Positions 10,767-24,300 of a DNA stretch of 61,151 bases are shown here, in pieces. The position numbers and the translations under genes were made by a program. Position 1 is the stretch's first letter. Each line of letters starts with the position of its first letter. The stretch comes from Rhizaria sp. SCN 62-66 (taxonomy: Eukaryota): assembly GCA_001724265.1 (NCBI GenBank), contig MEDY01000295.1, positions 1 to 61,151 on the forward strand. The letters are read 5' to 3'. The notes beneath the pieces are model-generated. The model did not search any database. It had not been told where the DNA came from and saw nothing but the letters and a program-made list of their open reading frames with translations.

Positions 10767-13700
10767 ATGTACTCCAGCGGCCGCTGCAACATGCCTCACG
10801 CAGCAGCGACCGCTCAGCTTCCCAACAGCAACATCACAAACAACAGCAACAGCATCAGCAACAACAGCAGCAACAACAGCAGCAACAGCAGCAGAAGTAG
10901 CATCAGTAGCGGTGGTGGCAACATGTCTCTCTTGTCCACGACTGCTGTCCGCACCCGCGGTACAACTAGCGCCACGGGCGTCGGATTCCGACTCCTCACC
11001 CTCGCCAGCCTTTGCCTCTGCCTATGCCTCGCGCTTGCCAGCGCGCCCCTCGCCACCGCCGCCGCCATGACCGCCGCCGCCTCGGCCTCCGCCTCAACCG
11101 CTGCCACTACCACATCCTCAGCTTCTGCCTCTGCTTTTGCGTCTGTGTCGGCATCAGTTTCGAGCCGTCGCCGGTCCTCCAACCCCGAACCGCAGCCGTC
11201 CCAGTCATCGTCATCCGCGTCTTCGTTCCCTCTCGGCTTCAACTCGCGTCTGTCAGCCCCCCGCAGCGCGCGGCTCCTCGCGGCGCTGACGGCGCGCGAC
11301 CGCTCCGCCGCCTCCGCGCTGGCGTGGCTATCAGCGCCCGTGCTGGACCTCGCCACGCCGCTGCCGCTGCTGCCGCCTTCGCCGCCGCTCCGCCGCACCT
11401 GCACCGAGTACACCCGCCAGGGCCACTGCGCTCCCGGCAAGCTCACCAAGGACCTCCCACGCTGCCCGTCGGCGCTGCTTGCCAACGCGCTCCACAAGAC
11501 GGCCGCCGCCGCCGCCGCTGCAGCAGCAGCAGCAGCGCCGGCAGAGGGCTTGCAAGCGGCGGCGGCGGCGGCGGCCGCGGAGGCCGAGGCGGCGGCGGTC
11601 GATGTCGTCCACTTTGCAGTGCTGGGAGACAGCGGCTTGACCAACAGCGGCTGTGCGGAGGCTGTCGGTGAGCTTCACTCCGCCTACCACAATCAAATTG
11701 CATCCCTGCCCACAGCAACGCTCAGCCCCAGCGATCATGCGAACGCAGGTGCTGATTCTAACGCGCGCGCGCTGCCCCCGCTGCGCGAGACGGCCGGGCT
11801 TGACTTCACGCTGTCGGCGGGCGACAACGCGTACTGGTCCGGCAGCTGTGATGACCACGCCTCCGCCTTCACGCGGTTGCCCTACGGCAAGTTGTTCCCG
11901 CTGTCGGCGACGACGCACTGCGTGGACCCCACCAAAGCGCCCCGCCGCGCGCGCGCGCAGCAGAGCTGGGGCGCGACGGGCGCGGTCGGCTTCAACCGGC
12001 AGCGCCACCGGGCTCTGCGGGCGGCGGCCGTCTCGGTCGCCGTCGGCGCCGCCAGCGCTCGGTCTTCGCTCGGCGCAGGCGCCGCGGGGGTCACGGGTAC
12101 CGGTGAGAGGGTCGCGGGTACCGGTGCGGGCGGCGACTGGGAGAGTGACTGGGGGTACGTGCCCACCGTCACGGGTTACTCTGGCGAACTCGGGCTCATT
12201 CTTCTCCAAAACAGCAGCAACAGCAATATCAACAACGCCGGCCCTGCGACAGCGACTGCGACTGCGGTGTACCGGCTGCCGGCGCCGTTCCAGCCCACGG
12301 CGGGCGAGCCCGGTACAGTGCAATTGGCACAACGAGTGGAGTACCTTCGCCACTTACTCGCCGGTCTGACCCGCGTCACCGCCACCGCCACCGCCACCGC
12401 CACAGCGACTGCGGCCGCGATTGACGGCGATTCAGAAACAGAGAGTGTGCATGCGGGCGCGGGCCCGCTGCCGCCCCAGGTGGCTGACCCGACTGCCGCG
12501 GCCGAGTTAAGGATGCGGGTTTCGGCGTTTCTCTCGGCGCAATTCAGGCTGGGGGCGGTCGCCACCGGCAACTCCGCCGCGTCCGCGTCTGATGACGACG
12601 GCGCCAACGGTGATTTGAGTGACAACAATGGATCAACGATGTTGAGTCCCGAAGACGCGGCGGCCGCTGCGATCGCATCCGCGTTCCCGCAAGCCATGAA
12701 CTCTAACATCAACGACAACAACAACAACAACAACAACAATTACAAGAACGGCCGGTCTAACGGCCACGGCCAGAGTAGGAACAGTAACTCCCAGTTGCAA
12801 CCGCAACCACAGTCTCGGCGTGTCCGTTACTTCCCCATTCCTGGTAACCACGATTACGACCTGTGCTGGGACCGGATTGGCACCATGCCTTACGACCAAT
12901 ATTTCCCATTTCTCGCTTCCATGTCGCCGGGCGCCGACCTCTCGGGCGGCTTATTTTACCGCCATGCCCCGACTTCACTTAAAGGTTCTGTCGAGTTCTT
13001 TACTCTCAACTCCAACTTCGGTCACCGCAAAGAGAGCGCCAACCTGGCCGACGCGCTGCTACACCGCGCCCAAATCGCCTGGCTCCGCGCCGCGCTCGCT
13101 GAGTCAGCAGCGCCGTTCAAAGTGGTTTTGCTGCACCACCCGCCGCACGCGTCGGCGCGGCACGACGCGAACGCGCAGTGGATGAATCTGCCGTTCAAGC
13201 AGTGGGGCGCGCATGCCGTGCTCACGGGGCATCAGCACGCGTACGAGCGGGTACAGCTGACTGACGAGTACGCGCAATACCAAGATGTGAACGCACAGAG
13301 CGCATCACAGGGCAAGAATAGTGCGGTGAATACCTCGCCGTTCGCGCCCGCTGTGACTGCTGCTGCGGCCAGTTCGAAAGACAGTGAACCGCTGTCGCCG
13401 CCGTTTCCCAACCCGCGGCCTTCTGCTGACTCAGCAGTGTACATCATGAACGGACTGGGTGGCCACAACTGGGTGTACTCGGTCGACGACTGCGACGCGC
13501 ATCCGGGCTCCATGAAGCGGTACAACGCAGCGCATGGCATGCTGGTGGGGCAGCTGACTCGCAAACGCAACTCTGGCTCCAGCCCCAGCCACAGTCGCGG
13601 GCACAGTCAGAGTCACAGTCAGAGTGGCAGTCGCAGTAGCGGTCAGAATGCGCACAGCCAGTCCTCGGTGAGGGCTGCTGATGTAGCAACGGTGGGGCGC

Positions 13701-14063
13701 GGTCTTCGCGAGACGGTCGAAGTCGCTCCCCCCTCCAGCTCCGAATCTGGAGAGGTCTCCACCACTTCTTCCGCGGCGACGTTCACAGCGCCCGAGGACG
13801 CGTCGATGGAGCTGTCATTCTGCTTCCTCTCGCTGGGCCCCGCGGCCACGCCCACCGCCACCGCCGCCGCCGCCGCCACCGCCGCCGCAGCTGGCGACAG
13901 CGGGCGCGACAGCAGCAGCAGCGGTGACAACAACGACAACAACGAAGAAGGGGGCTGGTTTGCGGCGGCGGCGGCGGCGGCTGGGTTTGGCCGGCCGCAG
14001 CCACAGGAGAAGAAGCAGCCGGAGCTGGGACAGCTTGTGGATCACGTGTCGCTGTTTGCGTGA
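10767..14063 (+). CDS. Calcineurin-like metallophosphoesterase (purple acid phosphatase-type motifs), probably secreted
   Basis: Five ordered metal-ligand motifs: LGDSG, GDNAY, GNHD, VLLHHPP, GHQH. Hydrophobic signal-like stretch after the alternative ATG at 10923. Ends with TGA at 14061-14063. Confidence 0.88.
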   Translation: MYSSGRCNMPHAAATAQLPNSNITNNSNSISNNSSNNSSNSSRSSISSGGGNMSLLSTTAVRTRGTTSATGVGFRLLTLASLCLCLCLALASAPLATAAAMTAAASASASTAATTTSSASASAFASVSASVSSRRRSSNPEPQPSQSSSSASSFPLGFNSRLSAPRSARLLAALTARDRSAASALAWLSAPVLDLATPLPLLPPSPPLRRTCTEYTRQGHCAPGKLTKDLPRCPSALLANALHKTAAAAAAAAAAAAPAEGLQAAAAAAAAEAEAAAVDVVHFAVLGDSGLTNSGCAEAVGELHSAYHNQIASLPTATLSPSDHANAGADSNARALPPLRETAGLDFTLSAGDNAYWSGSCDDHASAFTRLPYGKLFPLSATTHCVDPTKAPRRARAQQSWGATGAVGFNRQRHRALRAAAVSVAVGAASARSSLGAGAAGVTGTGERVAGTGAGGDWESDWGYVPTVTGYSGELGLILLQNSSNSNINNAGPATATATAVYRLPAPFQPTAGEPGTVQLAQRVEYLRHLLAGLTRVTATATATATATAAAIDGDSETESVHAGAGPLPPQVADPTAAAELRMRVSAFLSAQFRLGAVATGNSAASASDDDGANGDLSDNNGSTMLSPEDAAAAAIASAFPQAMNSNINDNNNNNNNNYKNGRSNGHGQSRNSNSQLQPQPQSRRVRYFPIPGNHDYDLCWDRIGTMPYDQYFPFLASMSPGADLSGGLFYRHAPTSLKGSVEFFTLNSNFGHRKESANLADALLHRAQIAWLRAALAESAAPFKVVLLHHPPHASARHDANAQWMNLPFKQWGAHAVLTGHQHAYERVQLTDEYAQYQDVNAQSASQGKNSAVNTSPFAPAVTAAAASSKDSEPLSPPFPNPRPSADSAVYIMNGLGGHNWVYSVDDCDAHPGSMKRYNAAHGMLVGQLTRKRNSGSSPSHSRGHSQSHSQSGSRSSGQNAHSQSSVRAADVATVGRGLRETVEVAPPSSSESGEVSTTSSAATFTAPEDASMELSFCFLSLGPAATPTATAAAAATAAAAGDSGRDSSSSGDNNDNNEEGGWFAAAAAAAGFGRPQPQEKKQPELGQLVDHVSLFA

Positions 14064-14786
14064 GCGAAGTCTATATCCAAATGCTTTTTGTTTGACAGTG
14101 GATCTGGCTCCTAGAGGTTGGGCGACGCTGCGTGGTGGAAAAGTCTTCAGAAGAATTTAATGTGATAGGTACGACTGGTGATGCTACTAAGGCCCCAAGT
14201 CGGCGTTTCATAACGATGAATTTGAACTTAGTTACAATAGAGATCGTTTTCCGTTTATTTTGACGAATTTTCTTGGTGTTCAGGTTGCTTTCGTGACAAG
14301 AAGTATTACTACTGTAATATGGTACATGTAATACTTACATAAATGTAAATATACAATTAGCACTGTTTTATTTATAAGCTTAAGGTATACGCCTTAAAAC
14401 AAACGTATATAATCAAAAGCTGCTCATATCAAATTAGTCATCGTATAGCACCAGTACTGGGCATGCGACTGACCACCCACGCACATGTAACACACATGTA
14501 TGCGCTCACAATCACAAAGCAACAGTATGAGGTTGTTGTTTACAACACCTTTTGCCAGAGAATATGAGCCAATGGTTATAGTGGAAGGGAACTAATGAAC
14601 TAAACGACATTAAAGTGATGAGAGCACGCTCGAAGCTAACAATACAACAATAACAGTAAGCTTGACTCAAAACCAAAACAATATTGCGACAGAGCAAAAG
14701 GGGAAAGACTCGCACTGCAATAACGTGAAAAGTACGACAAAGCACAGCGTTGCAACAATCAAGGCTTTGGTAATTTCTAACAATAT

Positions 14787-15277
14787 CTTTGCTCCACCAG
14801 ACACGCGAGTTACTCACGGAGGAACGATGAAAAGAGTCGAGAAATAAAGACAAACGCCACCTTGTTAAAATAAAAACAAGACAGACATATCATAAAATAA
14901 ACAAACAATTAGTGTGGATACAAAGACGCATCTGCAAACGTACAACGCGCAGCACGATACTGCGGAGAGACAGTAACAAGCTCTATCCTTCACAAATACG
15001 ACAGATCAAAAGACATTTTCAACTAACATAATTTCCAACAATATCATCCAATAATTCCTGAATTATACACATAAGCTTATGACTATTTTCCCTTTGCTCC
15101 ATCAGACACGCGAGTTACTCACGGCGGAACGATGAAAAGAGTCGAAGAATAAAGACAAACGCCACCTTGTTAAAATGAAAACAAGACAGACATATCATAA
15201 AATAAACAAACAATTAGTGTGGATACAAAGACGCATATGCAAGCGTACAACGCGCAGCACGACACTGCGGAAAGACA
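14787..15277. repeat. Direct duplication of a 186-bp block (14787-14972 and 15092-15277)
   Basis: By eye about 9 substitutions in 186 nt and no indels; shorter shared flanks suggest a ~305-bp unit. Confidence 0.92.
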
Positions 15278-15377
15278 TTTTTAACTACCTAACGATCAAA
15301 CAAATCGAAGCATTTGAAAAAAAAACGTAGACAAAAAAACGCAGTTAGAAAAACAATTGCATGCCGATATTTGGCGC

Positions 15378-18300
15378 TTACTCTGGCAAATCGGGCTGAA
15401 GTGCGAGATCGAGGTCACGGCTCTCGCCAAGCATATGAGCGTGACCGACCTGTCTCCGGGCGTCCTCAATGAGCCACTGCGCCACGTCTTCCGTGCTCAA
15501 CTGGAGCGCGGCCGCAGAAGATGACAGAAGTCCGGTGCTGATATCGCGGCCCACATCGAGCGCGCCCGCGAGAGCAGCGCCGCGCTGCGCATTGGTCAGG
15601 ATCTCACTCGACTGCATATTATGCATCTCTTCGCTTGACTTGTCATGTCCGCCGCCGAATTGCAGCCCAGCATTAGCACTGTTGCCGCCGATGCTTTCGA
15701 GCGCGTGCTCACGGAGCATTTCAACAGATTTTGCGAGTGTTGACGCCGGTGCAGTGCTCGTTGGCGCGGTGACGAACATATTTAAGTCAGCGCTGCGTGC
15801 GGTGCGAGAGCGAGACTCTGATCCATCTGCTGAAGGCATATTAATTAGCTCATTATTGACGTTATTGTGATCGTTGACGTCAATAGTTGCGGCTCCATTG
15901 CGCTTTGTTTGTTCCGCGCGGCGACGCTCTCTCACCATGGCAATGCGCCATTCGCGAATCACAGGCTCCGCCTCCATCCCTTTGGCGTGCGCCTCACGGA
16001 GCGCATTGCGAAGTGGGACTAGCTTCGCCTCCTGCTTTTGTAGCACAATGAACGCAAGCACAACAGCGGTGATGAAGATGACGACCAGCATGCAGATCAA
16101 AACAGTGATGACAGTCTTAGCCGTTTCACTCACGGTGTCAACGAAAAGGAAATTAGCAAGGAAGAAAACCATGAAAGACATAAAAAGTGACAGTAACTCA
16201 GCAATTTCAGTTACTTTGTTTTCAAAGGGTTTCATGAAAATCTGCAGGAGAATCGAGAGGAAAATAAACAGCGACGCCAGTAAAAGCTGTGTGTGAAGCG
16301 CACCGGGGAAGAAAACAGCAATAGCAACCAGAATTGCTTTGCGTGCCATCTCATTGAGGAACCAATAGTAGCGCGTAGGTTTGTAGCCACGGTAGAGGAA
16401 GGCCATCTGCGACTCGAACACCTTCTTTTGATTCCGCATCACTGTTGAGGCGCCCTGCGAGGACATTATCACTAAGTCACGGTTGCGGAAAAGCACAAAC
16501 CAGGCAAAAAAGGGGATGTCCAGCACCCAGAGGATTAACATCGGCATCCCAAGTGTGACAATGAAAAAGATATGTTGAGAAGAATAACACTTTTCAAGCA
16601 TATTGCCCAATACAACATTTGCCGACGAATCGTCATCGCCGCCAACGTTCTTGCATGAAAGCATTGTGAAGAATTGGCGAGTTACGTTCGGGTGAATCAT
16701 AAACATAACAACAGTGATTGTGGTGATAATGTAGCCAGAGTACTAAGAAATAATGTTGTTGTACTGCGTCTCAGCAACATCCAGGCGAACGCGCATTTCA
16801 GACGCAGTCAGCTTTGGTGGCTCTGATTTGAGACGTTGTTCACGGGCCTTTTCAAACATTGCCTTCCCGTCCTTTTCGCCATAGTTGCCAACGTACCACT
16901 GTTGCTGTTGCTCCGCACGCACGCGTTGGAATGCGCGCTCACGGCGGAGAACGCGGTCCCTCAGAAGCTCGGCGTTGTACAACGAGTCAAACGGTAAAGT
17001 AGACAGAAGACGCATGTTCTCCAAGTCCTCGGCGCTCTGTACGACTCGCGCAAACTCAAATGTTGATGTCGCCTTGTTCTCAGCTTCCTTTGACTTCTTA
17101 GCATTAAACTCGGGTGTTTCGCGCACAATCATTGAGTACACCTCGACCTCACGAGCCACACGCTCATATATCGACTCGCGACTTTGGTGCATTAACGCAT
17201 ACGCACGTGAAAGAGCTGCCTCGCTCACTTGCGCTTCATCTATAAGAGTGCTGCGCAAAATAAATGCCGCATCATCGCACAGCACAGAGCTAAATAAGTT
17301 AGCAATGGCGCTGGGGTCGTCGTCGTGAGAGTTCTGAATCGTCGCGTCGTTGTTGACGGAAGAACCAGTTGGAGGGAAAGGGAGGCTTTGCTGGCGATAG
17401 GGGACGCCGCGCGTCTCCGGCAATGATTTTGTGCCAGAGACAGGCAATACAGCATCATGTTTCTCCTGCATGCCAGAAAGTGGTGGCGTAAGATTAATTG
17501 AGACTGCTGGTGCGTCACGATCACTAAAGCTTGTGTTGATGTAACTGTTGAGGTTATTCTCATCAACAAGGTCGTTATGCTCAAACACCACGATATCGGA
17601 GGTTTCATCAAGCTCATCAGCGGCTCTACGGTCAGGGTTGCTGTGAATCTTGCTCGAAGGGCCCCAAGTGCGGGTCGCAATCCCGGCTTGTTCAGAGCTT
17701 AAAACTGGTGTTACTGATGACGTGTTTGCACTCTGCTGGGTCATCATTACGTCGTAGTTAAACGGGTGCATTACATCAGCTTCAGACGCAGACTCAACCA
17801 CAGCTGAAGAGGAACACACGCGCATTGTCACTCCACGGCCCGGCAAAAGCGCGGACACTCGTTGAAACGGCGAGCGGTTATCATTACTCACATCAGAAGC
17901 GATTCTCATAATGCCGAACAATGCGGAAGTTGTGGGTGAGTCGCCTGAGTGCGGACAATTACCGGACTGTACAGTGTCTGTTGTCACTGCGCGCAGACCA
18001 CGCTCCTCAAGCAACGCATCACGCGTGCGCGCGGGAGATGCTGTTGTAGCTCGAAATCCCCGACAACCGTACGAGACCCTCATAGGTGACTCGTCCCGGT
18101 GGAAGGGGCCGCCAACTGGGGATCCAGGTGGAGGAGCAAAGATATGCTGTGCTGAGCCTCTGTTCACGCCTATCTGTTGCGCGACGCTTGCGCTTGAAAT
18201 GCGGGACACGCTATTGCTGCGACTGACGCTGGGTAAGCCTGTACGCCGACGGTGCAACGGGGTACGAGGAGCTCCATAGCCGGAAACTTGTGTTGAGAAC

Positions 18301-21300
18301 TCTGGTGTGGTTGGTGGGACAGGCGGGGCTAGAGGACCTGTCTCGTCAGGTAAGCTCACCGAAGGCTTTTTTGAGCTTTTTCGCATAAGCTGGCGACGCT
18401 TTCCAACGGTTTTGCGTGCGTTTATTATATGCACACCTGCGCTCTCTTTGGTACTCAGGTCGATACCTGTGTGGACGCTGTTAGTAAACCCAGTGGGCCG
18501 ATTGCGTGCTGTCAAAGCATCAGAAAGCAATCCCATGTCATGTGTATCATCAACGTTATCCCAGACACCGGAAGTAACGTAATCCTTGCTGCGCTCAGCC
18601 GCGGCCACTTGGTCTTGTGCTTTCATGACGCGGTCGCGTTGACGAGCGTAGCTCTCGAATTCGGTCACGATCTCCGCCATCAGATGGCGTTGTTCAGCCA
18701 TCTCAGCAAGAACATGCATCTTGTATCGACGCTTTGTGATGTAGTAGCGTGGCATGAAGAAAATAAACGGTAAGATAATGCCCATGACAGGAAGCACCAT
18801 GATACCGATTGATGTCACCCAAAACGAGTTGATCGATGGGTTATCTCCCAGGAAACAATCGAGGGACACCAATGCAGTACCGACGCCAGCGGCTGAGTCC
18901 GCTCCGGAAAATAGACCATTAAGGAAGCCCGGCCATCGGAGATCATACTTATTTGCAATTGCCATGACTTGAAGACCGGACACAGCAACCTTAAATAACA
19001 GTGGCACTGCAGGCGCAGGAAGCTCGTTCATTGACTGACGACCGTCGACAATTTGTTTCCATGCAAGAACAGCACACCCAACAATTGCGGCAAGCGTGCT
19101 CGCAACAATAATAAACCAGGCAAGAGCAGGTTCATTACAGCGACCACACTTAAACACCGAGGTCTTTCCGTAACCTGGCGAGCAGACGGTGCAGAGCGGA
19201 CCGCTGTGGCCTTCAATACAGGCGTTGCCACCAACGCACGTTGAGTCTAAGCACGTTTGGAACGATAGAACAGCGTGCCGTTTGTAGTTTGCATCGATTA
19301 TAGGTGCTTTTATATATACCTGCTCTGCCAATAGAATGCTTTTCTGAGCGTTATAGTCCGAAATGGCATCATCAGCAAGCTCCTGTGCTGATGGATCACT
19401 TTCGATTATCGAGGGATTCACGTCTACCATGACGTAGAATGTCCGCAATTTATCTTCGATGGTTTCGCTTGCCTTAGTGCCAACGTTTGCTCCCTCTAAA
19501 ACGCTGTCTGGCAGTATGTCGAGAACTGAAGCAAACACAAACCGGCTCCGTGGGCGTGAGTTGGAGTCAAAGATTGCCTTGATAACAAGGCTTTGCGCGG
19601 TACGACTGACATCGACGCGGGAAGTGTTATACGCAATGCTGATTGGGAAATAAACTCGTACGACATTGGGTGGATTGAGGTATGTTATTGAAGGCGCGTA
19701 CGATAAAATAGAAAGAATGTTATAGACTGAAACGCCGGGCATTGAGCAATCTCCACCGAGCATGCATGGCTGACACACACCCATGATGTCACGATATGAG
19801 CCGGCTTTGCATTGACAAAACGAATAGTCGCTCGTGTGCTCGGCGCCGAGCGGACAAGTCTCACACTGAGCGCTGCCTTCGTGCTCAGCAAACGTGCCTG
19901 GGGCGCACTGAAGGCAGCCTTCGGCTCGTTTCTGAGAAAACGTCCCACGCGGACAACGCGGACAGCTGGACTGGCCTAAACCGGAATACGTGCCAACAGG
20001 ACAATCTGAGCATGCTGTTGCTCCATATTGGTCAGTGAAAGTACCTGGCTGGCACTGGCGGCACAGCGCCTGAGACCAGATATCGTTGTAGTAACCAGGC
20101 TCACATGGCACACATTTGACATCGCTGTTATGTTGACCAGGTGGACACTGGACGTATGACAACAACACAGTCTCTTTTGAAAGCTCACCATAACGCTGCA
20201 ATACTGTAACAGGGCGGTCAATTGTAGCGTCTGCAGGTGTTGTGCACATGAGCTCGCGGTGGGGATTAGAATCTGTGTGAACGACTTGAGAGCACGTTAG
20301 TCCGCCAATTGAAACGGCTGCACCAAAGGCACCAAAGTTGTCACCAAGTAGCAGAATTCGATCACCACCATCGCGATTGCACTCGCGGATTGACTTTATC
20401 GAGTTTTTCTGGCAGCCTCTGATTTCTGTGATTGAAGGAGCAGCATAGTTAACTCGGCCGCGTGACTCGACGCGCTGTGAACCAGCCTTAACAATCAATG
20501 ATAACCCAGAGCCGGAGCCAGCAGGGAGCTTGCACGTAAGCTTGAGGTTGCTCTCGCGCAATAGTGACAAACACTGGCGGCCACCAACCATAACTTGAAG
20601 CGGATCCAGAAAGCCCGAGCCAGTGACTGTGAGGCGGATATCCCCACCATCGGTCGGGCAGTCAGAGGTGATACCGCTCAGGAAATTGTCGATTCCACAA
20701 CCGAACACTGACGATACAAGAGGCACTTGCGGGTACGAGTACATATCTGTTGAATAAGCTGCGCGGTGCGCGATGATTAGTTTAAACTTTAGATCGATCT
20801 CGTTCACGCCGTCTTTGGTGTGACAGATAATGGTTCGTTGATTCGGACTATTTGTGAGAGATAACTCTTGATTAAAGATGCACTCATGTGGATAATCTTC
20901 AGTGTTACTTCCTGCGCTGTACATCATTCGCACTAGCCCGGCGCGCTCAACAAACAGATTATCGATATCAAAGCCAATGTCCTCACCAAGACTTGTAAGA
21001 CTGACGTAGTCATTTGTGCGCTGCCCGATCCCAGTAGATGTGACGGCGTGCAGTGATGATGGAACAAATGCGTGTAGAGGATAGGAAATGCGGACATTGT
21101 AGTTGGAGCCGAGAGTTGCAAGCTCTGCCAAAGCTGAGGTGCCGTCCCAAGCCCAATTCCAGCGGGAGCAATCAACGTCGCCTGCGTTGTTTGCAACAGC
21201 ATCCGGCTGGATACAGTACTGCATGCGCACGTAAAGATCAGCACCTTGACCGGCACTCAAGGTACATTGCACCTGAAGGTACTTCAGTTTCTCTTGATTA

Positions 21301-24300
21301 AGGACGGGCATCACTAGAATATCCGTACATTCATATGTAACAATTGCCGCGTTAGAGTATAGCGTGGCGTTTGTGTTAAGATATTGAACGCGGGCAACGT
21401 ACGGCGCAACAACGTTAACACCGGCGTTCAATGTAAACTTAACGGTCTGGCTTCCATGGGAATGGTTTGGAATAAGCTCATGTGTTTCCACGTTAAAGTT
21501 CACGACACCATCTGACCAGGGAACCGACATGGGGACAATATCAAGAGTGATTTGTGGCGTGCAGACGTAAGAACCGAACGTGTTGATGCAACGCGAGTGA
21601 GAGCCATACACCGCGGCGCAGTCGACAAAGTACTTACCATTGAGCTTGTCTGGGTCACACTCGTCAATGTCGATGCATGCCGGTACCGCTGGCAGCCACT
21701 GAGACGCCTCCGTGCATGTACGCTCATAGCGATCACTGCCTCCTGCAAACGTGAAGCCAGGCATGCATCGGTACACTGCAATAGACTGATAGCGTGTGGG
21801 GCCAGCAACAATGAGGTCGTCGTATTTAAACTCAATCTCCTTGCTGTACGGGACTATGCCGTCCTTGTCAGGGCGCTTGCAGTCAATCGCGCCACACATC
21901 GGCCCAACTGCAGGAAGCCAACCGTCGGCAAGTGATCCGCATCGTCGTTTGGCTGAGGTCACGGTGTCCGTCAGCGGATCCCGCGGCTCGTAACCCGGTT
22001 TGCACACATACGTTGCCGTAGTGCCATACGAACGCGCAATAACCCCGTTGTTACCCGTGCCTAGCGTGTCCTCAAAGACGATATTTGCTCCGTTTATCGG
22101 TACCTGGAGCGATTCACACTGATGAACGTCACATGCCGGCAGCGTCAGCGGGACCCAACCAAGCGGCGTACATTCGCGGCGCGCAGCCAGCACTGGAGTA
22201 CTTTGTTGAATAAACTGGACCACATAGCCCGTGCCATCGGTCAGGTTATAACCCGAGTAACGCAAATTGTAGCCAGCGTTGCAGCGGTACTCTACTAAAG
22301 ACGTGTTGAGATACATACCCAAGCTGCCATGCGTACCGTTATTGGCAACGGATACTTGCGCAAATGGAATACTTCCTGGAGCGCCACAGTTGTATGGAGA
22401 GCAGGTGCGAAGTGGTCCTGACCAGTTGCCAGTTGCTGTGCAGATGATCTGGCTATCGGTGTGACTCATTACAGCACCGTATTCACACGAGAATGTTGCA
22501 GTAACGCCGTACATGTTCATTAGAGAAGACGGGGCTTGCACCACGGCGCCAAAAGCGACCGTTGAGAGCGTAGGGCACGGTTGTGGTACACAACGCGGGG
22601 AATCAATCGGCTCCCAACCTTCGGACAAAACGCACTTGCGCGTTGTATATGCCAAGTCCCTTTCCCACATATAACCCTCGGCGCACGCGTAACTGGCAAT
22701 GGTATCGACCGGATATGTGTTGGATCCAGAATCGTACGTGACATTGCTGCCATATCGCGTAAATACAATCGGTTTCATTGTTGTTGGCTCGTGATAGATC
22801 CGCACGCACGTGTTGGAGCGGCAAATTGCCGCGGTTCCAGACCAAGTTTGATTGGCTTGGCAGACACGTTTTTCGTCTCCATCAGTCCTAACATAAAGCT
22901 CAAGACACTCCTGAGTAGCGATAGATTGGAACTTACGTGCACCGTATGGTAGCGTCGAGTAAGTAATGTTGCCAACATTGTTTGTTGTTAACAAAACAGG
23001 GCATTCAATCGGGACGCATGCAGGTGCTGTAGGGGAGCTCCAACCACCAGCAGAACATGTGATTTCTTGAGACCCCGCAAGGACAAAACCATCGATGCAG
23101 CCATATGTGTAACGAGCCCCGAACGAAGTTGCATTGCCTTCGGGTGCAATCTCCGTTTGTTTCGGCGTAGTGCCAAAAGTCGGGTACCTTTGCGGCACAG
23201 GGCCGCAGTTAAACACCTCACATGTGGGAGCTTGTGCGGACCACCCAGTGGCAAGACACGTCATGCTTTGAGTACACGTCGTCACCGGTGGGTTTGTTGC
23301 GGGGTTGACAGTGCATGTCCTGCTCGCGTTGCTTGGAGAAATCAAGGTATATCCTGAGTTGCAGCTCACTGAGGCTTCTGCCTTGTAGAACGTGAGACCA
23401 AATCCGTTGTCTTGGTATGTCACAGAACCACGGATAATGGTTCCCAGAGTTTGGCAGTCAATGAGCGTCACGCGAATTGGCTCCGACGTGAAAGACATGA
23501 AGGTTATACCCAAGAGACGTGTGACCACAACGCGAGGCAACACAGCATCATCGACTAAACCAAGATCACTGCGGTGTGTAAACGTCATGCACTTGAACCA
23601 AAAGTCAAAGCTTGTCGCATAAGCTGCAGTCAGCTCAAGCTTGCCTCCAGAAAGACTCACCCACGTACTGTTATCGGGTTTGCCGCCCGTGATAGTATTC
23701 AACGGGGCACCAAAGCAGTTGGTAAAGCTTGAATCAACCGTAATTGCGACGCGAACAAAACGACCAACGCCATTAACAGCGTCCATGGGAAGGAACGACA
23801 TTGTTATCAGCTTCGGTTCTTGAGCGTGAATTGCTTCTGGCAACGTAGAAGTGGTAAACCGGTTCTCAACGGCAAATGGAACAGTGGTAAACTGGCTAAA
23901 GTACGTTGTGGCGCTACTGATAATGGTTAGTTTAACGGATGGATTTGCGCGGACGCAGTACAAAGCAAGGTCAACTTCAGAGACACTAGAGGCAACGGAG
24001 AAGAGGAGGCTATCACTGAACAGGATAGGGTCAGTGACGTTAGTAGTTGCGAGCTTGCAGTCATCGCTGCTTGATGATGTGATATCAAACACAGCCGTGT
24101 GCGTCGGTGCAGGCATCAAGCGCACACGCAAGTTGTGAATCAATTGAACAGCAACGCGTTTAAGCGTTGTCGGCGTCGCAAGAGGTGGGAAAGCGACTGT
24201 GCGAAGGGCCTTTGAATCCTCAATCCAGACTGCACCGCGGACGCGGAAGGGCGCGCTGCGAAACACGTCGTACCAAGTGTCTTTGCTGTTGGTAATAAGT

